Assembly (NCBI GenBank): GCA_964446585.1 | Contig: CAYUPI010000005.1 | Coordinates: forward strand, 12,593 to 76,592 | DNA length: 64,000 nucleotides | Reading direction: 5' to 3' | From: an uncultured Verrucomicrobiota bacterium | GTDB lineage: Bacteria; Verrucomicrobiota; Verrucomicrobiia; Limisphaerales; UBA8199 | Shown: positions 54,843-62,910 of the stretch, in pieces | Layout: every line of letters starts with the position of its first letter | How positions within the stretch are numbered: the stretch's first letter is position 1 | The notes under the pieces: generated by a model | What the model was told of the DNA's origin: nothing | Database searches by the model: none | The model's input: the letters and a program-made list of their open reading frames with translations, nothing else | Position numbers and translations under genes: made by a program

Positions 54843-55424
54843 GTGAATGAACCAAACGTCAACCGGGCGTTCTACCTGCCTCGACTGCAGCGCGAGCATT
54901 ATCAAGGCGACGCTGTGGTTCACTGGACAGTTCCTTTCTCGCACCGGCGCCAAGGCTGGCTCGATGAACGTTTTCACGCTGGGTTTCGTGAGTTGATGCT
55001 ACACGCCGCCGCGCGGGAGGCGCTGCTCTGCCCGACGTATTGCTTGATGCCGGATCACTTGCACCTCGTCTGAATGGAGCTGCGTTTGGATTCCGACCAA
55101 CAGAACGGCATGGCCTTCCTGCGAACACATCTCGAGTCCAAGCTCGCTCCGGAGAAATTCCAGCATCAGGCGCACGACCACGTACTCAAAGAGGAAGAGC
55201 GCCGTCGGAACGCATTTGCCCGCGTCTGCAACTATGTCCTTGAAAATCCGCTCCAGGCAGAACTGGTGAAGCATCCGGTAGAATGGGCATTCAGCGGTGC
55301 AGTTGTGCCCGGGTATCCGACGTTGCATCCTTTGCAAAAAGAATTCTGGTCGAGATTTTGGAAGCTCTATGGTCAGGAGAAGCACCCGGACACGGGGCAA
55401 ATTATTCGTCCGCCCATTCGGTAG
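54843..55424 (+). pseudogene. HUH/Y1 (IS200/RAYT-like) transposase-family gene interrupted by one in-frame TGA
   Basis: ORFs 54741..55073 and 55074..55424 are in the same frame, separated only by a TGA at 55071-55073. The product reads ...YCLMPDHLHLV*MELRLDSDQ..., with the HUH motif (DHLHLV) and the Tyr motif (VCNYVLENPLQAELV). The probable start is the GTG at 54843 (MNEPNVNRAFYLPRL). The stop codon lies inside the hairpin repeat at 55421. Confidence 0.7.
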
Positions 55425-55502
55425 CAGCCGACGTAAGGAGGCTCACTTCTCCGCGGAAGGTTCCCCGCAAAGAGAAGTGAGCCTCCTTACGTCGGCTGCT
55501 AC
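55421..55502. repeat. Perfect 31-bp inverted repeat hairpin (REP-like)
   Basis: The left arm is gtagcagccgacgtaaggaggctcacttctc (55421-55451). A 20-nt loop follows, then the right arm gagaagtgagcctccttacgtcggctgctac (55472-55502). Confidence 0.9.
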
Positions 55503-55602
55503 AAATTCGATTGTCCCATCGTGCTCTGGTGACCAGACGATCCGCCCCTTCGTAAAGTGTGCCGACGAAGTGTGCGACAAACAGAGCGAAGAAAAGGGAG
55601 GA

Positions 55603-57120
55603 TTATGAGGCCAGGGCGGCGCGGGTGCGCTTGACCAAATCATTGTCCTTGTCGCCGGTGCCACGCAGGTTGAAGACGCTGGCGGCCAGGAAGCGATCGC
55701 GCCACGGAGCGGAGAGGTGCTGGTAATCTTCCAGGACGGCTGAACTGAATTTGTAATCGTGTGAATTGTTGCCTTTGAGGAAAATCAGGCGGCGCGCGGT
55801 GTTGATAAATTCGTCCGGCTGCGGATTGTTCCCGAAACAGGCAAGCGCGTGCCGAGCGGCGTCCATGCGGTCATGGCTAATTTCAGCGAAGACATTTTCG
55901 ACGGTCGGCGGTCTGCCGACGGGGCTGTCAGGAGGCTGTAATTCATCAATGCGGACGGACTTCAACTTTTCTCCACCGCGGAAAAGAGCCAGGAACGCGG
56001 CGTTTTGGAGCAGCAACAACCGCCGGGTCTCATCGTTACCACAGTTTTGGAACGCAAAATGGATGGCATTAGATGATGTCAACGCGTGCAGTGACAGGAT
56101 GCCGGGCCGGCGCATCAGCAGTTCCGCGGCGGCGCTGAACAGGCCGTCCCAGATGGATTGTGGGGCGACACCGCGGTTGAGCAGTTCGACGACTTTTTCA
56201 GATGCTTCGGTCGGCGACGCGACACGGAGAGTTTGCAGCAACTCAGTTGTCGCGGCGGGGCTGGGTTGGCCGGTGGGCCATCCATCGCGAATTTGTTTCA
56301 CCAGGTTCAAATTGTGCCGACCCGGTCGGTCGGCGGGCAGATCAGCTTTGGCCGGATTGGCGTCACCATCGCGATCGAGCAGACCGTAGGCTAGCGAGCG
56401 CAGCACGGCTTCGGCATGATGCCAGCCGATCGCCTGCAATGTTCGCCAACTGTTGGCGACGTAAATTGCCTTATGACCGATCTCGCGGAAGTCGCGCGTG
56501 CCGTAGCGGCAGAAGATTTCGAACAGCTCCTGCGCGCCGGCAGTGCGCGCGAGGCCAGTGACGGCGACATCGGCGGCGGGTTCATCCCAATTATTCATGG
56601 CGTCGATGAAGGCCTGCCGGGCTTTATGCGACGGAGGAACTTTGGATTCATCGATGGCGGCCATCGTCCAGTCGCCTTCGCGGGCGTCTTCCGCCTGGGC
56701 CGATTTGAAATAATCCAACGCCCAGAAAATCGGCAACCAACGATCGGAATCGGGCGAAGAAAGGCTGGCGAGATGGGCGGAGTTGACGACGAGCACGGAG
56801 TGAAATTTGAATCCGATCGGCCGGGGTTGGATATTGCGGACGCCTGCCAACAGCAATGCCGCCAGCACCTCGCGATAGGTCAGACCGTGATGAATCCGAA
56901 TAGCCACTTGTTCGAGCAGCTTCTCCCGCGGGGTATCTTCCAGAAAACGGACGACCGGCTCGATATCGGGGCCGAATCTGACAACCTTGGGATCGAGCTG
57001 GGCTTCCGCAGCCGTGATGCGCGGCAAGCGGGCGAGAAAGGACAAGTCGCCCAAGCCGAAAGCCGCGCCGGTAGCGGCGGCTGCTTTCAAAAACCTTCTG
57101 CGTGACGGCAAGGTGGTCAT
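55603..57120 (-). CDS. Hypothetical protein with a twin-arginine (Tat) signal
   Basis: ORF 55603..57273. The ATG at 57120 gives MTTLPSRRRFLKAAAATGAAFGLGDLSFLA. The body is helical-looking with no recognised family. Confidence 0.65.
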   Translation of the reverse strand: MTTLPSRRRFLKAAAATGAAFGLGDLSFLARLPRITAAEAQLDPKVVRFGPDIEPVVRFLEDTPREKLLEQVAIRIHHGLTYREVLAALLLAGVRNIQPRPIGFKFHSVLVVNSAHLASLSSPDSDRWLPIFWALDYFKSAQAEDAREGDWTMAAIDESKVPPSHKARQAFIDAMNNWDEPAADVAVTGLARTAGAQELFEIFCRYGTRDFREIGHKAIYVANSWRTLQAIGWHHAEAVLRSLAYGLLDRDGDANPAKADLPADRPGRHNLNLVKQIRDGWPTGQPSPAATTELLQTLRVASPTEASEKVVELLNRGVAPQSIWDGLFSAAAELLMRRPGILSLHALTSSNAIHFAFQNCGNDETRRLLLLQNAAFLALFRGGEKLKSVRIDELQPPDSPVGRPPTVENVFAEISHDRMDAARHALACFGNNPQPDEFINTARRLIFLKGNNSHDYKFSSAVLEDYQHLSAPWRDRFLAASVFNLRGTGDKDNDLVKRTRAALAS

Positions 57121-57328
57121 TGGGAAGCAGAGTTTCAGTAAGTATCGCCCAATGGTTTCATTGCCGCAAGGCGGGAGCGGAGCTTGCTCGCGATAGCTCA
57201 GTAACGGCGGGGAGGGGAGCGCGGCTGTGGCGAAGCCCAGCCGCAGCAGCCACGAAGCAACTAGCGGCTCCAAACCGGCAAGCGGTCACACTGCGGTCGG
57301 GAGTGCTGCGGCTGAGACAGCCGCGCTC

Positions 57329-59284
57329 GTGCGCCTGTGAGGGCGTACACACAACGGGGTGAAAGTCCCCGTCAGGCGGAACGTTCACCCGCCTGAAACC
57401 GAAGGCTACTGCGTCGTGGCAACACGGGGTGGAGAGCTGCCGGAGGTGAACAACCCGTCCGTAAAGACGTGACATGAAACACATGACACAAAGTAAACCC
57501 GATTCGGCCGCACCGACTGGCGAGCCTGCGAGCGCTGTGCGAAGCCCGCGCCATGACCCAGGAAGGAACGACTCCTTGGACCTGTTAAGCCAGGTCAGGT
57601 CCACTGGCGTGCAGCCACGAGCAGAGAGGAAGCGTGAACGAGCGCAAATGCTGTGGCTGGGGCGGCGAAGTGGTTGGGGACAGAAGGGTTGGAAGTGTGG
57701 ACGAGATAAACAGAGAGACCCGCCGGGACCAAAACGGCGTTCATGGCCGCATGGCCCGAAGAACCGCTCGGCGGGAGTCAGAGCGTCCGTAGTAGCGACG
57801 AAGCGGGGTAACGCCCGTGGAGCCAAGGGACGCAGGAAGGTGGACGCGTGAAGGCCATAGGAAAGGACGAGCCAACTCGACCAGCGATAGTGACGTCGGC
57901 AACGACGCCTCCGCAAGCTGGAGCAGCCCAAGACCCTTGGTGGTGGGTAGAACCTTCGATATGGACCCAACGCATGCTGACACGGCTCGAACAAAGCGGG
58001 CCGACAACCGTATGGTTCCGACTCTGGGACAAGGTGCTGGAGCAGTGCAATCTGCAAGCCGCCTACTGGGCGGTTTGGCGCAACAACGGTGCTGCCGGAG
58101 TCGATGGCCAAACCGTCGAACAGTTCAACACGCAGGAACAAGAGCACTTGGCCAAGCTGCGTGAGGAACTGCGAAGCAAACAGTACCGTCGTCAACCGGC
58201 GCGACGAGTCTGGATACCAAAACCCGGCACGACCGAGAAACGCCCGTTGGGAATACCGGCGGTGCGCGACCGGACGGTGGAAGCGGCGATCAAGCACGTG
58301 CTCGAACCAATATTCGAGCGCGACTTTGCCCCGCACAGCTATGGGTTTCGGCCCGGACGTGGCTGCCGGGAAGCGGTGGCACGAGTCGAAGAACTCCTCA
58401 AAGCCCAAGGCCACTGGTGTGTGGACCTGGATTTCAAGAGCTACTTCGATACCATTCCGCACGAACGGCTCAAGAACCTGGTACAACAGCGCGTAGTGGA
58501 CGGCAGCGTCCTGGCGTTGCTGGACCAGTGCCTGAAGGCCGGGGTGTTGGAAGAATGCAAAGACTGGCAGCCGACCGAGCGGGGCACTCCGCAAGGGGCG
58601 GTCATCAGTCCGCTGCTGGCAAACCTCTACCTTAACTCCCTGGATCATGAAATGGCTCGGCGTGGTTGGGAGATGGTGCGCTATGCGGACGACCTGGTGG
58701 TGCTGTGCCGAACAAAAGAAGAAGCTGAACAAGCGTTGAGCTACCTGCACCAATGGGCAGCGGAAGCCGGTCTGACCGTGCATCCGACCAAAACGCGCAT
58801 TGTTGATGCGCGAAGCGAAGGCTTCGACTTTCTGGGATGGCATTTTCGCGGAGGTAAGAAATGGCCACGACAAAAGAGCCTCCAGAAGCTCAAGGAAAAG
58901 CTGCGACCGCTGACGCGACGCACCAATGGGCGAAGCCTGGGTGAAATCATCGCCAAGGCCAATCCCATCCTGCGCGGCTGGTATGGCTACTTCCAAAGCA
59001 GTTACTACTCGGGTCTGCGCGAGCCGGATGGATGGCTGCGCCGACGCCTGCGAGCGATGCTGCGCAAAAGACACAAGCGCTCTGGATTCGGACGGACCAA
59101 AGCCGATCATCAAAAATGGCCGAACCGATGGTTCGCGGTGCAAGGGTTGTTTAGTTTGGAACACGGCTCTTGTGCTTATGATTAGTCTCACTGAGAAACC
59201 ACTGACCAGAGAGCCGGATGCGGGAAATCCGCCTGTCCGGTTCGGAGGGAGGGGTGGCACTAAACACGCCATCCCTACCCCTAT
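57329..59284 (+). mobile_element. Bacterial group II intron (about 1956 nt) with an intron-encoded RT/maturase
   Basis: The 5' end is GTGCGCCTGTGAGGGCG (57329). Domain V is gagccggatgcgggaaatccgcctgtccggttc (59211-59243), with the AGC triad, a GAAA tetraloop and a GAGCCGG/CCGGTTC stem. Domain VI is ggggtggc...gccatccc, with a bulged A at 59277 lying 7 nt from the 3' end (...cccctat, 59284). The ORF sits in the domain IV position. Confidence 0.85.
57848..59185 (+). CDS. Group II intron reverse transcriptase/maturase (no endonuclease domain apparent)
   Basis: 445 aa. RT motifs are present: RRVWIPKPGTTEKRPLGIPAVRDR, SYGFRPGRGCREA, DLDFKSYFDTIPH, GTPQGAVISPLLANLYL and VRYADDLVVL (YADD). The maturase X-domain motif is ILRGWYGYFQ. 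The sequence ends shortly after X. Confidence 0.92.
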   Translation: MKAIGKDEPTRPAIVTSATTPPQAGAAQDPWWWVEPSIWTQRMLTRLEQSGPTTVWFRLWDKVLEQCNLQAAYWAVWRNNGAAGVDGQTVEQFNTQEQEHLAKLREELRSKQYRRQPARRVWIPKPGTTEKRPLGIPAVRDRTVEAAIKHVLEPIFERDFAPHSYGFRPGRGCREAVARVEELLKAQGHWCVDLDFKSYFDTIPHERLKNLVQQRVVDGSVLALLDQCLKAGVLEECKDWQPTERGTPQGAVISPLLANLYLNSLDHEMARRGWEMVRYADDLVVLCRTKEEAEQALSYLHQWAAEAGLTVHPTKTRIVDARSEGFDFLGWHFRGGKKWPRQKSLQKLKEKLRPLTRRTNGRSLGEIIAKANPILRGWYGYFQSSYYSGLREPDGWLRRRLRAMLRKRHKRSGFGRTKADHQKWPNRWFAVQGLFSLEHGSCAYD

Positions 59285-59350
59285 CGCCTGCACTCGCGCT
59301 ATCCTTGCGATTGGATTGTAATTCCGATGGCACCGCCTACTCTGGGCCGT

Positions 59351-60316
59351 ATGAATCACCAGACACGGGTGTACGAGAATGTGTTCGAAATGCTGCCCTG
59401 CGAGGAGAACCCGACGCCGCTGGTTCGTATCAATCGACTCAACAAAGCGGCCGATTTTCCACTTTACGCCAAGCTGGAATGGATGAATCCGTTCGGGTCG
59501 GTGAAAGACCGGGCGGCGTGGGAAATGCTGCAGGATTTGGAGGAGCGCGGTGAAATCGGCGGCCAGCGTGGGCTGGTAGAGCCGACTTCAGGCAATACAG
59601 GAATCAGTCTGGCCGCCATGGCCCGGGCGCGAGGCTATCACATGCGTGCCGTGGTGCCGAACAAGGTGCCGCTGGAGAAAAAGATCCTGCTCAAGATCGC
59701 GGGGGCGGACCTGGACGTGATGTCAGACGAGCTTTGCCCCGCGCCCGGGCTGGGAGACGGCTCGATCAATATGGCCAAAACGCACGCCAAAGCGTCGAGC
59801 CACAAGTACGCCATGCCGAATCAGTACGAGAATGAGAAGAACGTCGAAGCCCACCTGCGGACAACTGGTCCGGAAATCTGGAAACAGACGGAGGGCAAAA
59901 TCACACATTTGTTCCTCTCGCTGGGCACGTGCGGCACGGTGACGGGCACGAGCAAGTTTTTGCGAAGCAAAAAGCCGGGCGTGAAGGTTGTGGCGGTGCA
60001 GCCAACCGAAGGACACGACGTGCCCGGCCTGCGGAACGTGACGCAACTGGGCGTGTCGAAGCTGTTCGATTCGTCGTTGATCGATGACATCCTGGAGGTG
60101 GACTTTCGCCTGGCCTATACGCGGGCGCTGGAGCTCTGCCAGAATGAAGGCCTGCTGGCCGGACCGAGTTCCGGTTTGATTTTGGAGGGCGCGCTGGAAA
60201 TTATTGCGCGTGACAAAACCGGTTTTGGTGTAATGATATTCCCTGACAACATTTTCAAGTACACTTCCAACATGGTCAAACACATCCCTGGCCTCAGCGC
60301 CGGGACAACTTCCTGA
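59351..60316 (+). CDS. PLP-dependent cysteine synthase family protein (CysK/CysM-like)
   Basis: The product begins MNHQTRVYENVFEMLPCEENPTPLVRINRL. The PLP-lysine context is MNPFGSVKDRAA, and SGNTGISLA and GTCGTVTGT are present. Confidence 0.85.
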   Translation: MNHQTRVYENVFEMLPCEENPTPLVRINRLNKAADFPLYAKLEWMNPFGSVKDRAAWEMLQDLEERGEIGGQRGLVEPTSGNTGISLAAMARARGYHMRAVVPNKVPLEKKILLKIAGADLDVMSDELCPAPGLGDGSINMAKTHAKASSHKYAMPNQYENEKNVEAHLRTTGPEIWKQTEGKITHLFLSLGTCGTVTGTSKFLRSKKPGVKVVAVQPTEGHDVPGLRNVTQLGVSKLFDSSLIDDILEVDFRLAYTRALELCQNEGLLAGPSSGLILEGALEIIARDKTGFGVMIFPDNIFKYTSNMVKHIPGLSAGTTS

Positions 60317-60347
60317 CGAGGAAAAACAGATAAGAAAGGATCAAAGT

Positions 60348-61193
60348 ATGGCAAGATACGCAAATGCAGAAGTACTGGTGGAGACGGATTGGGTGAACAA
60401 CAACCTGGGCAAGCCGGGCATCAAGCTGGTCGAGATTGACGTTGACACCAAGCAATATGACGCGGGGCACATTCCCGGGGCCGCGGGTTTCAACTGGCAA
60501 ACGCAGCTTCAAGACCAGGTGCGCCGCGACATCATCAGCAAGGAGGCCTTCGAGAAGCTGGTCGGCGGAGCAGGCATTTCGCCTTCTGACACAGTTATTC
60601 TCTACGGTGACAACAATAACTGGTTTGCCGCTTACGGCTTTTGGCTATTCAAAATCTACGGACACAAGGACGTCCGGCTCATGAATGGCGGCCGGGTGAA
60701 ATGGCTCAATGAAAAGGACAGGCCGCTTACTACGGACGTGCCCCAGCCTGCGCCTGTCGGTTACAAAGCAAGCGCGCCCAATCTGGAATTGCGTGCGATG
60801 CTGCCGCAAGTTTTCGATGCCCAGAAAGGGAACTGGAACCTAGTGGACGTGCGCAGCCCGGATGAATTCACGGGCAAAGTCATCGCTCCACCTGGGATGA
60901 GTGAAACGGCACAGCGCGGCGGGCACATTCCCGGTGCGAAAAGCATTCCCTGGAGCACGGCTGTGAGCCCAGATGGAACGTTCAAATCGGCTGATGAATT
61001 GCAGCAAATCTATATCCAGCAAAAAAGCGTTGATCCTGGAAAGGACACGATTGCTTACTGCCGCATCGGTGAACGCTCGAGCCACACCTGGTTTGTGCTC
61101 AAATATCTGCTGGGTCTCAAGAATGTGAAGAACTACGACGGGAGTTGGACGGAGTACGGGAATGTGGTGGCGGCGCCGATTGAAAAAGGATAA
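60348..61193 (+). CDS. Tandem-rhodanese sulfurtransferase (thiosulfate/3-mercaptopyruvate sulfurtransferase, SseA-like)
   Basis: 281 aa with DAGHIPGA in the first domain and the active-site loop YCRIGERSSHTWF in the second. Confidence 0.88.
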   Translation: MARYANAEVLVETDWVNNNLGKPGIKLVEIDVDTKQYDAGHIPGAAGFNWQTQLQDQVRRDIISKEAFEKLVGGAGISPSDTVILYGDNNNWFAAYGFWLFKIYGHKDVRLMNGGRVKWLNEKDRPLTTDVPQPAPVGYKASAPNLELRAMLPQVFDAQKGNWNLVDVRSPDEFTGKVIAPPGMSETAQRGGHIPGAKSIPWSTAVSPDGTFKSADELQQIYIQQKSVDPGKDTIAYCRIGERSSHTWFVLKYLLGLKNVKNYDGSWTEYGNVVAAPIEKG

Positions 61194-61194
61194 T

Positions 61195-61262
61195 GGAAAA
61201 TCCCAAGCTCCAAACACCAAATTCCAGAAAAACTCCAATTCCGAAACCCTAAGAAAGAAATC
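61195..61262. repeat. CCAA(A/G)CTCCAAA-type repeat (same family as the 3' end of ORF 44818..46407)
   Basis: The sequence ggaaaatcccaagctccaaacaccaaattccagaaaaactccaattccgaaaccc can be compared with ctccaagctccaaatcccaaactccaaacatattccaagcaccaaatcccaaactccgcag at 46325-46385. Confidence 0.6.
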
Positions 61263-61399
61263 GCCGAGGATTTCCGGGCGACGCGCAATCGTAGTGCGGG
61301 CCGGATTAGTAGCTTCGCATTTCTTGAGTTTGTCGCGCAGGAATTCCAGGCCACAGACTGCCGTTCAAGGTGGCCCTCAGGCGACGTGCGTCAAGCTTC

Positions 61400-61500
61400 G
61401 CGGAGCGTTTGGAGTGCGCCCGGCTTGCCGGCGCTTTCGAAGGGCTGGCAGTGCATGAAAGCGGGAGCAAGCTCCTCGCAATCCATACGCTTCGCGCACT
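61400..61500. repeat. Intergenic repeat element (GAGTGCGCCCGGCTTGCCGGCGCTTTCGAAGG ... GGGAGCAAGCTCCTCGCA type)
   Basis: A GC-rich palindromic segment (cccggcttgccggcg) is followed by gcgggagcaagctcctcgcaatccatacgcttcgcgc. I recognise it from memory as a common PVC-genome repeat motif. Only one copy is in this window, so this rests on memory. Confidence 0.4.
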
Positions 61501-61615
61501 TCGACCGTGGCCGCCGCAGGCCGAGGACAATGCGCCTTGTCAACTCGCGGTGACCCGATAAAAAACGTGCGGGCGGAGTTGAGCCCGGCTATGCTGTCGG
61601 CACCTGCGAACCGAC

Positions 61616-62857
61616 ATGATAGCTCTGCTGCGCCGCGTGTCGCTGACTCAATGGATCATCCTCGCGATGATCGCCGGCGTCCTTTTCGGCTGGCAATTCC
61701 CTGAAGCGGCCACGCGCTCGGGCATTGTGTCGGATCTGTTCATCCGGCTCATCAAATGCATCATCGTGCCGTTGATTTTCAGCACGCTGGTTGTGGGCAT
61801 TGCGGGCCACACGGATGATCTAAGGGCAGTAGGACGACTCGCGCTCAAATCCATCATCTATTTCGAGGTCATCACCACACTGGCGCTTTTCATCGGGCTG
61901 GCGGCGGTCAACCTGATTCAACCCGGGGACGGCATTCAGTTGGCGGGGTCCGCTGAGCGTCGCTCCGAGATGGCTGGCAGCGGATTGGGGCTCCGCTCGC
62001 TGCTCGAACACCTGGCGCCCCAGAGCCTGGCCGATGCGGCGGCGCGCAACGACGTTTTGCAGGTGGTCATTTTCGCGATCATCTTCGGCGTCGCTCTTGG
62101 CCGGGTCCAGGGCCGGCCCCGGCAAACGATGCTCGATCTTTTCGAGGGCGTTTCGGAGGTGATGTTCAAATTCACGGGCATTGTGATGTGGCTGGCGCCG
62201 TTCGGAGTTGGGGCCGCGCTGGCTCACACGGTCGGCCAGAACGGGTTCAAAGTCCTGGCTGGTCTGGGCAAGCTCGTGCTCACGCTCTACGGAGCGCAGG
62301 CGTTGTTCATTTTGCTCGTGCTCGTTCCCGTGATGTGGGTGGCGCGGATTCCGGTCCGGGCATTTTTCAAAACCGTGAAGGAACCGACGTTGCTGGCGTT
62401 TTCGACTGCCTCATCCGAAGCTGCGCTGCCGGACGCTCTGCAGCGGATGGTGAATTTCGGTGTTCCGCGCCGCATCGCGTCGTTCGTAATGCCGGCCGGC
62501 TACTCGCTTAACCTCGATGGCACAACCCTCTATTTGTCGCTGACTTCGATTTTTGTCGCGCAGGCGGCCGGTATGCACCTTTCACTGGCGCAGCAGTGGC
62601 CGATTGTTTTGACGCTGATGTTGACGAGCAAAGGTGCGGCTGGCGTTCCTCGGGCTGGATTGGTGGTTTTGTCGGGGACCCTGACCACTTTCGGTCTGCC
62701 GCTGGAGGGAGTGGCGGTCGTGCTTGGAGTCGAAGCATTCCTGGATATGGCACGCACCTCGGTGAATCTTTTGGGCAATTGTGTGGCTTCGGTTGTCATG
62801 GCGCGGTGGGAAGGAGTATTAAGACCCGCCATCGCCTCGGCAGCGACAGGGCCCTAG
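61616..62857 (+). CDS. Dicarboxylate/amino acid:cation symporter (DAACS; GltP/DctA family)
   Basis: 413 aa. It begins MIALLRRVSLTQWIILAMIAGVLFGW and includes IKCIIVPLIFSTLVVGIAG, SSEAALP, and the MLTSKGAAGVPRAGLVVL and LDMARTSVNLLGN motifs. Confidence 0.9.
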   Translation: MIALLRRVSLTQWIILAMIAGVLFGWQFPEAATRSGIVSDLFIRLIKCIIVPLIFSTLVVGIAGHTDDLRAVGRLALKSIIYFEVITTLALFIGLAAVNLIQPGDGIQLAGSAERRSEMAGSGLGLRSLLEHLAPQSLADAAARNDVLQVVIFAIIFGVALGRVQGRPRQTMLDLFEGVSEVMFKFTGIVMWLAPFGVGAALAHTVGQNGFKVLAGLGKLVLTLYGAQALFILLVLVPVMWVARIPVRAFFKTVKEPTLLAFSTASSEAALPDALQRMVNFGVPRRIASFVMPAGYSLNLDGTTLYLSLTSIFVAQAAGMHLSLAQQWPIVLTLMLTSKGAAGVPRAGLVVLSGTLTTFGLPLEGVAVVLGVEAFLDMARTSVNLLGNCVASVVMARWEGVLRPAIASAATGP

Positions 62858-62910
62858 CTCGCCGCTGCCGGCCAGAAGTCTAAGTACGCAGAGGGGCGCA
62901 TTACAGATTG

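Noticed and set aside
55071-55073. In-frame TGA as selenocysteine or reassigned Trp/Gly codon
   Set aside because: Several well-supported genes in this window terminate at TGA (for example 1921..2847, 2894..4093 and 34811..36742), so TGA is a normal stop here. No SECIS-like hairpin follows directly. A TGG-to-TGA nonsense change or a sequencing error is the simpler explanation.
57308-57324. Hairpin before the intron as a rho-independent terminator (class C intron target)
   Set aside because: No T-tract follows, and no plus-strand gene ends upstream. I kept it only as an observation within the intron finding, not as an annotated terminator.
57158-59359. 733-aa minus-strand ORF, the second longest on that strand in the 3' third of the window
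   Set aside because: It lies exactly antisense to the group II intron and its RT ORF. Its composition is Arg/Pro/Ala/Ser-rich with no motifs. The plus strand has unambiguous RT motifs and intron RNA domains.
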